Below are positions 17,827-24,950 of a stretch of 44,239 nucleotides of DNA, piece by piece. Numbering within the stretch: position 1 is the stretch's first letter; every line of letters starts with the position of its first letter. The DNA is from a virus, in IMG/VR virus record IMGVR_UViG_3300024520_000013, positions 1 through 44,239 of that record; one strand, written 5' to 3'. A program made the translations under genes and the position numbers. Under the pieces are notes generated by a model. The model was given only the letters and a program-made list of their open reading frames with translations, had not been told where the DNA came from and searched no databases.

Positions 17827-18405
17827 TTGCAAGAGCACGTCAAGACGGCATCGTTCCCGTTCCATCCCTCGATCGGAGACTGGCTCGCCGCCGGTGGTGA
17901 CCTCACCGTAAACGGCCAGAGCTTCACCGCGAACACAACACGAGGCGACCCGAAGAGCGGCGACGAGTCCGCCGTGTTCGAAGCGTTCTTCAACCTCGGC
18001 GAAGGTGCGTGGGTGAAGGGCACGGTCACCTACTACCCGAACGATCCGATCGCGGACTGCTGGTTCATGCTCGGGTATGGGCACGAGGGATGGAGCGCAC
18101 CGCACGTCAAGCGACAGGACGTGTTCGTCGTCGATGCGAAGTCTACCGTATCGATCGTGCAACTCGACAAACTGAAGTACGGCGAGGTTCTGAACACGCA
18201 AACCACGCTGCCGCGACACTTCACCTACGACTTCGACAAGGGAGTGATCTCAAAGACGAAGAGGACGTCGTCGGGCGATCGCGACATTCATAACCTGGGC
18301 GAAGGCATCGACACCGGCGAAGAAAAACCAGGACCAAACTACGAACCAGACCCAATACTCGACGACGACGACCTCGACCAACCTCCACCAGAACTATATC
18401 CATGA
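17827..18405 (+). CDS. Hypothetical protein with an acidic C-terminal tail
   Basis: 192-aa ORF with a TTG start per the ORF track, beta-rich, ending ILDDDDLDQPPPELYP. Confidence 0.5.
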   Translation: MQEHVKTASFPFHPSIGDWLAAGGDLTVNGQSFTANTTRGDPKSGDESAVFEAFFNLGEGAWVKGTVTYYPNDPIADCWFMLGYGHEGWSAPHVKRQDVFVVDAKSTVSIVQLDKLKYGEVLNTQTTLPRHFTYDFDKGVISKTKRTSSGDRDIHNLGEGIDTGEEKPGPNYEPDPILDDDDLDQPPPELYP

Positions 18406-18602
18406 CCAAAACACTGTATGGGCGAGACAACTGCCCCATCTGCAAAAAGACCGCCGACTACCTTCACCCATATCACGATCGGAAAGGTTACTACTCCGGG
18501 CGGGCTTGTTCCGACCGTTGCGCACGTTCATTACCGGGCCAAGGGGAGATGTGGAACTACGAGCCGGACCATGGGGAAGACGACGAAGGAGATGCGTGGT
18601 GA
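18402..18602 (+). CDS. Small Cys-containing protein (CPIC motif)
   Basis: 66 aa, LYGRDNCPICKK..., with ATGA overlap to the upstream gene. Confidence 0.5.
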   Translation: MTKTLYGRDNCPICKKTADYLHPYHDRKGYYSGRACSDRCARSLPGQGEMWNYEPDHGEDDEGDAW

Positions 18603-18748
18603 GGCGAAAACCGAAACCTCCTGACACTTTTCCCGTGGCCCCGGCAACGGCTCCCGATGAGCCCGCGAACCACCTTCTTCTTCCCGAAAGCCGGGGCCTC
18701 GGGACCTTTCGCACACCCGTAGTCACTCTCACGGAGAGGGAGGGATGA
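18596..18748 (+). CDS. Possible small ORF bridging two genes
   Basis: A GTG start overlaps the upstream TGA, and the stop overlaps the ATG at 18745 (ATGA). About 50 aa and Pro-rich, so weak. Confidence 0.2.
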   Translation: MVRRKPKPPDTFPVAPATAPDEPANHLLLPESRGLGTFRTPVVTLTEREG

Positions 18749-19191
18749 GTCTCGTGCTGCAACCGCTCAACCTGGATGAGGCGAAGCTCTTCGTCAAGCG
18801 CCACCATCGCCACCATGAGCCGCCGCTGTCTCACAAGTTCTCGATCGGTGTGAACGACGGAGAGACTGTTCGCGGCGTAATCATCATCGGGCGCCCAGTG
18901 TCGCGAGTTCTTGACAACGGTTGGACGGTTGAAGTAACCCGGTGCTGCACTGATGGCGCGAAGAACGCCGCGTCAATGCTCTATGCGGCAGCGTGGCGCG
19001 CAGCTCGATCAATGGGTTACCGAAGACTCATCACCTACACGCTCGCGACTGAGCCCGGGACGTCCCTGATCGCCGCGGGATTCCGCGTGTTGTACAAGAC
19101 CAAACCCAATCGGTCGTGGAACGCTCCAGGCCGACCACGGGTCGACAAGCACCCACTCGGCGCAAAGCTGCTATGGGAGAGGGAGGCTTGA
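18745..19191 (+). CDS. XF1762-family protein (GNAT-like fold)
   Basis: FVKRHHRHHEPP..HKFSIGV...IIGRPVSRVLDNGWTVEVTRCCTDG..NAASMLYAAAWRAARSMGYRRLITYTL matches my memory of this prophage family. Confidence 0.65.
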   Translation: MSLVLQPLNLDEAKLFVKRHHRHHEPPLSHKFSIGVNDGETVRGVIIIGRPVSRVLDNGWTVEVTRCCTDGAKNAASMLYAAAWRAARSMGYRRLITYTLATEPGTSLIAAGFRVLYKTKPNRSWNAPGRPRVDKHPLGAKLLWEREA

Positions 19192-19197
19192 ACGACC

Positions 19198-19389
19198 TTG
19201 CTGACCCCGGCTGAGTACGAAAGTACAGGATACCCCGAGCTCGGATGCTGCGAGGAACGGCTGCGGTTGCTCGCCGACAAACTCCGCCTCACCAGGGAGG
19301 TGGCTTCCCTCACGCGGCTGTACGGACTCCTGAAACTCCAGGTTGAACTCATTTACTCGGAGAAGGATGACATCACGAAGGACAACTGA
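19198..19389 (+). CDS. Hypothetical small protein
   Basis: 63-aa ORF with a TTG start, helical. Confidence 0.4.
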   Translation: MLTPAEYESTGYPELGCCEERLRLLADKLRLTREVASLTRLYGLLKLQVELIYSEKDDITKDN

Positions 19390-19404
19390 AGCAAACCCCT
19401 TCAA

Positions 19405-20076
19405 TTGACGACGATCTATCTATCAAGCCCCGGATCCCAATTGCGAGCGGACTACTGCCGGAACCTTCCGGTGCTCATGTCGTTCGGGGTCTACCGGAAG
19501 GTCGGATGGGTGGAGAAGTACGTCCCGTCGTTCTCAGGTCTGCTCATCGATTCGGGAGCTTACTCCGTCCTGACCACCGGGACTGAGATCAACGTGGACG
19601 AGTTCGCCGAGTGGGCGCAGAGATTCCCGCACGCAGATGCGGTGGCGGCACTGGATGACATCTCGGGGGACTGGGAGCAGGGACTCCGCAACTGGGAAGC
19701 GCATCCGTGGATGTTCCCTACGTTTCACGACACCGACCCTTGGGAAGCTCTCGCCGGTATCTTGGAGAAACATCCCAAGTGGATCGGGCTTGGAATGAAA
19801 CCGCCGAGAACGTCTGCACGATGGCTAGACGAGACTCTGGAACGGATACCAGATCAAATCCACATCCACGGGTGGGAGTTGCGAGCGTTCACGGATCGCC
19901 ACCGCATCGACTCGTTCGACTCAACCAACTGGTTCCGCGACTCATGGGCGGTCAAGAACGCATATCCCTGGCTAACCCCTGCCGAGTCCTTGGAGATCAT
20001 CGTCAAGCGATACCAGCGCGAACACCGAATCATCAAAACAAGGAGCACAACGCCATGTCTGTTCGATACCCAGTGA
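19405..20076 (+). CDS. dpdA: DpdA-like (TGT-family) DNA transglycosylase candidate
   Basis: LLIDSGAYSV and IDSFDSTNWFR resemble the two catalytic-Asp motifs of TGT/DpdA. There is no Zn-site cysteine cluster. The gene overlaps queE by 22 nt. TTG start per the ORF track. Confidence 0.55.
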   Translation: MTTIYLSSPGSQLRADYCRNLPVLMSFGVYRKVGWVEKYVPSFSGLLIDSGAYSVLTTGTEINVDEFAEWAQRFPHADAVAALDDISGDWEQGLRNWEAHPWMFPTFHDTDPWEALAGILEKHPKWIGLGMKPPRTSARWLDETLERIPDQIHIHGWELRAFTDRHRIDSFDSTNWFRDSWAVKNAYPWLTPAESLEIIVKRYQREHRIIKTRSTTPCLFDTQ

Positions 20077-20666
20077 ACGAGATCTTCTTCTCGATCCAAG
20101 GCGAAGCGCACTTGCGCGGCTTCCAGATGGCATTCCTTCGCCTAGCCGGTTGCTCGGTCGGATGCCCAGAATGCGACACAAACTACGCGGCAAAGTCCAC
20201 CCACGATGCGCGAGACCTATCCTTCCGAGTTCTGGAGGAGATTCCCTCATCAGTCAAGGACAGGTGGGTGTGGATCACCGGAGGAGAACCCACCGATCAC
20301 GATTTGGTCCCGCTGATTCGCGAACTTCGCGCCCGTGGATTGTCGGTCGCCGTCGCCACCGCTGGGCACAAGCGGTTCACCCCAACGGTTGACTGGTTGT
20401 CTGTCTCACCTCACAAGGCTGAAGACTTCTCCCAACGCTACGGACACGAGATCAAACTAGTAGACGGACTCCACGGGCTTGACCTCGACGAGTTCGTTGG
20501 CGAACACCGCGACGGATACACCGACTTCTGGTACCGCTACGTGCAACCGCTGTCGGTGGACGGGGTGGAGCAACCCGACAGTCTGGCCCGATGCATGGAC
20601 TTCCTTGACCGGCACCCGAATTGGGCGCTCTCCCGTCAAGACCATCTCGCTATAGGAGTGCGCTGA
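20055..20666 (+). CDS. queE: 7-carboxy-7-deazaguanine synthase QueE (radical SAM)
   Basis: The ATG at 20055 follows AAGGAG. Signature elements are NEIFFSIQGEA, LAGCSVGCPECDTNY, ITGGEP, SVSPHK, YVQPLS and a C-terminal WALSRQDHLAIGVR. The longer ORF-track start at 19707 is a spurious extension. Confidence 0.9.
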   Translation: MSVRYPVNEIFFSIQGEAHLRGFQMAFLRLAGCSVGCPECDTNYAAKSTHDARDLSFRVLEEIPSSVKDRWVWITGGEPTDHDLVPLIRELRARGLSVAVATAGHKRFTPTVDWLSVSPHKAEDFSQRYGHEIKLVDGLHGLDLDEFVGEHRDGYTDFWYRYVQPLSVDGVEQPDSLARCMDFLDRHPNWALSRQDHLAIGVR

Positions 20667-20691
20667 TCTAACTCCAACAGGGCCGACTGAC

Positions 20692-21087
20692 ATGACAACC
20701 GAACCGCAACCTATCCCAACCTTCGACTACACCAACTTCGTCGCCAACAAGACCATGACCATAGTCTCGTGTGGCACCGTTGTCCTTCGTAAGGAGTTCA
20801 ACGTTGAGGGGTTTGCTTCTACACCAACGCTGAACGCAAACGACGTAATCACGCTCTGCAAAGGCTACAGTGGGTTGATGGCTGCGCTGGAGCTCCAAGC
20901 TAGCGCGCTAGAAGAACACGACGGGCAGAACTGGGACATCTTGGCGACTGTGCTGTCGGAGTGTGCCCGCGCCGCCATCGCCAAAGCGATGGACCAGCGC
21001 ATCGCCGAGCTGGTGGCCGAAGCCAAGCGACTGGAGCGTGAAGCGCCATCCCACCGGAAATCTGATGGACCGCTACGACCTGACTGA
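20692..21087 (+). CDS. Hypothetical protein
   Basis: 131-aa ORF. Confidence 0.5.
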   Translation: MTTEPQPIPTFDYTNFVANKTMTIVSCGTVVLRKEFNVEGFASTPTLNANDVITLCKGYSGLMAALELQASALEEHDGQNWDILATVLSECARAAIAKAMDQRIAELVAEAKRLEREAPSHRKSDGPLRPD

Positions 21088-21355
21088 CCTGACAACCGGG
21101 CTCGACCACAAAGCCACACCAAACTACGGCAACGGCAAGTGGGTGTTGGCCTCCGATGCCTTCGCTTGGGTCGACGAACTCACCGCAGACATCGCGCACC
21201 TGCAGCACGAGGTGGACGCGGTGAAGGCAGACTACGAGCGTGCCACCTACCGCTCCTACCAAGACCGTCCCTTCATCTGCGTCAGACCTACGCCACTAAA
21301 GCTGGCAGCAGATTCGGAACGTGCGCAAGGTGAGGGCCCCACGAAAGATACATAG
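21065..21355 (+). CDS. Hypothetical protein
   Basis: Internal ATG at 21065 (MDRYDLTDL), 96 aa, overlapping the previous gene by 23 nt. Confidence 0.5.
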   Translation: MDRYDLTDLTTGLDHKATPNYGNGKWVLASDAFAWVDELTADIAHLQHEVDAVKADYERATYRSYQDRPFICVRPTPLKLAADSERAQGEGPTKDT

Positions 21356-21406
21356 GATAGGGGGCCCCATTGGTCGCTCCCCCCTTGCTCAAATCGGCAT
21401 TTTTTC

Positions 21407-21416
21407 CTCGATCTGG
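21407..21416. promoter_or_regulatory. Variant of the recurrent motif (CTCGATCTGG)
   Basis: Sits at the start of the 633-bp non-coding region, just after a T6 run. Confidence 0.4.
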
Positions 21417-21541
21417 GCGTGGCGGGACGGATCCAGTATCCTGTGCGCCATTCGATCCTAATCCCTTCGCGTAGTGTGGGTTATGTCGGTGGTTCGATAC
21501 CCTTGGGACCGTTGCAAGGGACCAATTGACGAGATGGCAGT

Positions 21542-21582
21542 ACGTGGCAGCTACGTGGCAGCGACGTGGCACTTACGTGGCA
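21542..21582. repeat. Four ACGTGGCA iterons with an exact 11-bp period, plus one degenerate copy upstream
   Basis: Copies begin at 21542, 21553, 21564 and 21575. AGATGGCA at 21532 is a 6/8 match. Confidence 0.85.
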
Positions 21583-21690
21583 GCTATAACAAGGGAAGCG
21601 GACTAGACTAACGTGCTTTGTTAGGGTGTTCGTGGCACTTGCCAGAAATATAGACACACCACACCGTGTTTCCGTATGCACGTTTCTGTG

Positions 21691-21706
21691 GTGTAAGCGC
21701 TTACAC
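21691..21706. repeat. Perfect 16-bp palindrome GTGTAAGCGCTTACAC
   Basis: Read directly. It is preceded by ACACCACA...TGTGGTGT, an 8-bp inverted repeat with a ~23-nt spacer. Confidence 0.85.
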
Positions 21707-21732
21707 GAATCGCCTATACGGGTCTGTACGTA

Positions 21733-21768
21733 CTGTACATGCCATGTACAGTACAAGTACAAGTACAA
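21733..21768. repeat. 9-bp inverted repeat CTGTACATG-c-CATGTACAG followed by (GTACAA)x3
   Basis: Read directly. There are seven GTAC tetramers within ~45 bp, and this is the most AT-rich patch of the region. Confidence 0.85.
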
Positions 21769-21814
21769 GCCCCGTGGGTATGGGCAATTAGGCGTTCTGG
21801 CCGAGTGCCACGAA

Positions 21815-21847
21815 CCCGCCACCATCCCGCCACCATCCCGCCACGAT
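21815..21847. repeat. Three tandem 11-bp units CCCGCCACCAT (third copy CCCGCCACGAT)
   Basis: Read directly; period 11 bp. Confidence 0.8.
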
Positions 21848-21988
21848 TGCGCCATTCGAGACCATCCGTTCGCACCCTTCGCGACGTTTGCCGGTTGACA
21901 AGCTCTTGCCACCGATCGCGCTGTTGGTCGAGAATGTCGGCAATGGACGCGAACCACATCTGGTGAGTGCCACAACCTACGAAACCGA

Positions 21989-22213
21989 ATGAACCGAAAC
22001 CAACGAGACGAGCCCGTTACGGATCGCCCTCTGCCAGGGCGAATCTACTCACTTACCGGCGGCCCCGGTGTCCCTTGCATCGCGAACGGCGATAGCTGGC
22101 GCGAGTCCGATCTCGGCGACGCCGACGAATTCCACGCAAACGAACGTGCAAAAGTTCTCGCACGCCGAGCTGAAAAGGACGCACGACGTCACATACGCGA
22201 GGAGGGAATCTAG
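21989..22213 (+). CDS. Hypothetical protein
   Basis: 74-aa ORF, the first gene after the iteron region. Confidence 0.45.
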   Translation: MNRNQRDEPVTDRPLPGRIYSLTGGPGVPCIANGDSWRESDLGDADEFHANERAKVLARRAEKDARRHIREEGI

Positions 22214-22214
22214 C

Positions 22215-22871
22215 ATGGTACGCAAAACGAAAGCGGAACGGCAAGCGGACGAGAACCGCGCGCGAATCGTGCGCCACCTGGAAACGTCTGGTGTCATCGA
22301 TTCCATGATTGCATTCGCCGAGAAACATGACGACTGGCGCGAACAAATCGACGCGCACAATTACGGTGAACGTCTCGGCAAGATCCCGCGCGATTGCACC
22401 GGTGTCGTGCGCCAGATTCGAAACAACATCACTGCGAACGTGATGGAAGAGTGGCCGAACCTCGCAACTCTTTCGCGATTCGTCCGCATCGCGATTTGCT
22501 TCGATGGTGACGCGTTCCGCCAGCCTGGACCGTGCGCCGAGATTGCATCGCTACTCCGCCAGATGGCGGAACGGTTCGAAGCCGAAACGGATCTCGAATT
22601 GATCCCGCAGTGGTATGGAACGTGGCGCGATGCAAACGGCAACGCATGCGCAAACGTCGATATCGAAACAACGGAAGCGAACGGGCAGAACCTAGGACGC
22701 ATCGCGTCATCCGGTACCGGTGGTATTGTCGATGGGCTTGTGGCTGCGCTGGAGACGCTGCTGTTTGGTGTCACCGAAGACGTATCCAACAACAATGGGC
22801 GCGTCGACTTGCCCGCCCTCGAGGACACTGCCCGCGCCGCGCTTGCCGCCGCCAAGGGGGGAGACCGATGA
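22215..22871 (+). CDS. Hypothetical protein
   Basis: I moved the start to the ATG at 22215 (MVRKTKAERQ), right after the upstream TAG. 218 aa. Confidence 0.55.
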   Translation: MVRKTKAERQADENRARIVRHLETSGVIDSMIAFAEKHDDWREQIDAHNYGERLGKIPRDCTGVVRQIRNNITANVMEEWPNLATLSRFVRIAICFDGDAFRQPGPCAEIASLLRQMAERFEAETDLELIPQWYGTWRDANGNACANVDIETTEANGQNLGRIASSGTGGIVDGLVAALETLLFGVTEDVSNNNGRVDLPALEDTARAALAAAKGGDR

Positions 22872-22931
22872 CACGTCCAGACTACGAACCTATCACCGCT
22901 CGTGTTGAATCGTCGCAGGAGGACAGCAGCA

Positions 22932-23120
22932 ATGAATAGCTTTGCCCGGATGCAGGGTCTGCTGAAGGATGCGAACGGCGCACCCTACGCGCCCACATCG
23001 GCCGAGCTTGACGCGATCGCCGAACGACATTTGGTCACGGTACGCGAACGGGCCGAGCTTGCCAACGGACAAGGGGTGCTACCCGGTCCCGGTTTCGTCA
23101 AGGGTGGCGACGATGGCTAG
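22932..23120 (+). CDS. Hypothetical small protein
   Basis: ATG at 22932 preceded by AGGAGGA; 62 aa. Confidence 0.45.
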   Translation: MNSFARMQGLLKDANGAPYAPTSAELDAIAERHLVTVRERAELANGQGVLPGPGFVKGGDDG

Positions 23121-23802
23121 ACTCGGAATCGTTCTGTACCGGGGTCCGTCAAAATTCTCCGGCGAGACCATCGAAGCTATCGCAACGGAAAGCGAGAACA
23201 AGAAAACGCGCGGAATGCTGGTCATACACATTCTGCCGACGATCGACGTTGCGAAAGCGGACCGACCGCACCTATCGGTATGTCCGTCCGACTGCCCGTT
23301 TCACAAAGCGTGTTATGTGAACTGGTCACAGTCCCCGCCGATGGTGCAACGATGGCATAGTGGAAAACCCGTCTGGACACCGCGCGCGGTTCGCGACGTT
23401 GCGCGCGGTCGATCGATTCGCATCGGCGCGGAAGGTGATCCATGTGCAGTTCCCGTTGGCGTCTGGCGAAACGTGTTGTCGGATTGCGCATCCTGGACGT
23501 CCTATACGCATGCATGGCGCGATGGTCGCAACCGCTACTATCGCCCCTTCTCAATGGCTAGCGTCGAATCACCAGCGCAAGCTCTCGAAGCGATAGCGAA
23601 AGGGTGGCGAACCTACCGAGTCCGACCGCGCGATACCGAGACGATGGCGGGAGAGATTGACTGCCCATCGTCGCGCGGTGTTCTGTGCGCATCATGCGGA
23701 TTGTGCAAGGGCGAACACGAAACCGCCCCGACGATTTCGATACCGGCGCACGGTGGCGCGGTGTCCGCTCGTGAGGCGAACCGTATCGCGCTTGCCGTCT
23801 AG
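23113..23802 (+). CDS. Cys-rich hypothetical protein
   Basis: ATG at 23113 (MARLGIVLY), overlapping the upstream stop. 229 aa with scattered Cys (CPSDCPFHKACY, GDPCAVP, CPSSRGVLCASCGLC). Confidence 0.55.
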   Translation: MARLGIVLYRGPSKFSGETIEAIATESENKKTRGMLVIHILPTIDVAKADRPHLSVCPSDCPFHKACYVNWSQSPPMVQRWHSGKPVWTPRAVRDVARGRSIRIGAEGDPCAVPVGVWRNVLSDCASWTSYTHAWRDGRNRYYRPFSMASVESPAQALEAIAKGWRTYRVRPRDTETMAGEIDCPSSRGVLCASCGLCKGEHETAPTISIPAHGGAVSAREANRIALAV

Positions 23803-23820
23803 GACGTTCGAAAGCTCGAA

Positions 23821-23855
23821 GGGCCCCACGTCGCAATCTGGCGAACGTGGGGCCC
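23821..23855 (+). terminator. 11-bp perfect stem-loop after the Cys-rich gene
   Basis: GGGCCCCACGT (23821-23831) pairs with ACGTGGGGCCC (23845-23855) across a 13-nt loop. The following U-tract (GATTCTGT) is weak. Confidence 0.4.
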
Positions 23856-23875
23856 GATTCTGTACGAGTCATCGG

Positions 23876-24034
23876 TCCAGGTTCGCCCGTCCAGGTTCGC
23901 GCGGTTCGCTTCCCGTCTCGCTGGCTACTCCGCGCGCCACGTTCGCCCGTGAGCGATTCGCGCCACGTTCGCGCATGATTCCGCGAACTATTTTTGGGGC
24001 CCGTACAGAGCATTCTAGGGCCCTTCTCGCGAAC
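23876..24034. repeat. Cluster of GTTCGC/GCGAAC hexamers (about 5 direct, 2 inverted within the span, plus 1 inverted copy at 23841-23846 in the upstream hairpin), embedded in longer repeats
   Basis: TCCAGGTTCGC(C/G)CG occurs in tandem at 23876-23903. GCCACGTTCGC(C/G)C occurs at 23936 and 23962. GCGAAC occurs at 23983 and 24029 within the span and at 23841 just upstream of it. Confidence 0.75.
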
Positions 24035-24142
24035 GCATCCGGGAGACGCTAGCGAGAGCCCGAAACAGCCACACCACGCCCAACCCACGCCCCCCCCTCG
24101 ATTCACGCCTAGACGCCTGCGCAGAGAGGGAGGCGGGCTCAG

Positions 24143-24175
24143 TGGCACGGGAACTGGATTGGCACGGGAACTGGA
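24143..24175. repeat. Direct repeat TGGCACGGGAACTGGA x2 with a 17-bp period
   Basis: Copies at 24143-24158 and 24160-24175. Confidence 0.85.
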
Positions 24176-24268
24176 CTGGACCCTAGGTAGGACGGACTGT
24201 GGAACTAAACGGTTCTAGCGAGTTGCCCCCTAGCGTGTTCGTGAGGATAGTTCTGTCTTTCTGAGGCC

Positions 24269-24631
24269 TTGCAAGGAGACCTACAACTGAATGCAAAACG
24301 CGCACTGGAATTGCTCGTCAAGGCGATCGAGGCTACGAGCATCGACCCAGAGATCAAAGTTCACCCTGCGTTCACACAAGCGAAACGATTTCTGCCGGTG
24401 GAGCTGGCCGACGCCAAGTTTGTGTGCAGCAAGTGCGGCGACACAGACGTCGAGATCTTCATGGGTGCATGGTTGCCCGCGAACAAACCGTTTGCTGAGT
24501 TGATCCACGGCACAGACTGGCAGTGGGATCACGAAGTGCCTACCGGCTACACCGAGAAGTCGAAGGGGTACTGCACCAAGTGTGAGGACAACGTGATCGT
24601 CCACGAGAAGGAGGTTGAGAACCCAGATTAG
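24269..24631 (+). CDS. Zinc-ribbon protein
   Basis: CSKCGD ... CTKCED pairs. The start is uncertain: TTG at 24269 per the ORF track, but AAGGAGA lies inside it, so the true start may be a few codons downstream. Confidence 0.5.
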   Translation: MQGDLQLNAKRALELLVKAIEATSIDPEIKVHPAFTQAKRFLPVELADAKFVCSKCGDTDVEIFMGAWLPANKPFAELIHGTDWQWDHEVPTGYTEKSKGYCTKCEDNVIVHEKEVENPD

Positions 24632-24657
24632 TGCGGAGAAGGGCACTAAAACTCTTC

Positions 24658-24684
24658 GGAATCTGGTTGCGAGAACCAAATCTG
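24658..24684. promoter_or_regulatory. Two ATCTGG half-motifs (GGAATCTGG, CAAATCTGG) followed by GTAGTC, resembling the 15410-15440 element
   Basis: Compare CCGATCTGGTTAGTCCCAGATCTGGATAGTC (15411) with GGAATCTGGTTGCGAGAACCAAATCTGGGTAGTC (24658). Both lie upstream of plus-strand genes. Confidence 0.4.
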
Positions 24685-24791
24685 GGTAGTCTGGAACGCG
24701 GTTCCGACTGCTTCGTAATCGTGAGGGATTCATTCTCCCGTAGGCATGAGTGCGAGGTGGTCGGGACCATCACCCAACCACAAGGAGGTTC

Positions 24792-24950
24792 ATGGCCGCA
24801 AAGAAGAAGACTCGCGTGAAGTTGCTCGCACACTGCTGGCGATGCGGGGGGCCGATCTACATCGGCGACAAGACTACGGGTTGCGTTGACACCACCGCAC
24901 CAGACAATCGCGTGCGTCACTTCTCCTGCGCACCGTGGATATCCAAGTGA
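24792..24950 (+). CDS. Small zinc-ribbon protein
   Basis: ATG at 24792 preceded by AAGGAGG. The sequence is MAAKKKTRVKLLAHCWRCGG... Confidence 0.55.
   Translation: MAAKKKTRVKLLAHCWRCGGPIYIGDKTTGCVDTTAPDNRVRHFSCAPWISK

Noticed and set aside
18402-18602. Glutaredoxin/NrdH call for the CPIC protein
   Set aside because: Only the N-terminal beta-strand and CPxC motif resemble glutaredoxin. The protein is 66 aa and the rest of the thioredoxin fold cannot be recognised.
19707-20054. N-terminal 116-codon extension of the QueE ORF
   Set aside because: The extension is an out-of-frame read-through of the DpdA-like gene with R/P/S-rich composition. The QueE homology begins exactly at the ATG at 20055, which has a good AAGGAG.
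21351-21410. Intrinsic terminator after gene 21065..21355
   Set aside because: A T6 run is present at about 21400, but I could not draw a convincing GC-rich stem directly upstream. GGGGCCCC is self-complementary but has no loop.
21470-21520. tRNA-like T-loop (GGTTCGATACC)
   Set aside because: The flanking bases (GGTGG ... CCTTG) do not form a T-stem, and no cloverleaf can be drawn.
21542-21847. CRISPR-like array
   Set aside because: The repeats are only 8-11 bp with 3-nt or no spacers, far from CRISPR repeat and spacer dimensions. No cas genes are present.
21532-24175. Sigma-54 promoters at the TGGCAC boxes
   Set aside because: TGGCAC resembles the -24 element, but none of the copies has a TTGC(A/T) element at the required 5-nt spacing. 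For example, TGGCAC-GGGAA-CTGGA. The boxes also occur as phased arrays, which fits protein-binding iterons better.
24291-24503. ATG-initiated 70-aa ORF as the real gene instead of the 24269 frame
   Set aside because: Its translation is R/S/C-rich junk-like. The alternative frame encodes a coherent zinc-ribbon protein, so I kept that frame even though its start codon is uncertain.
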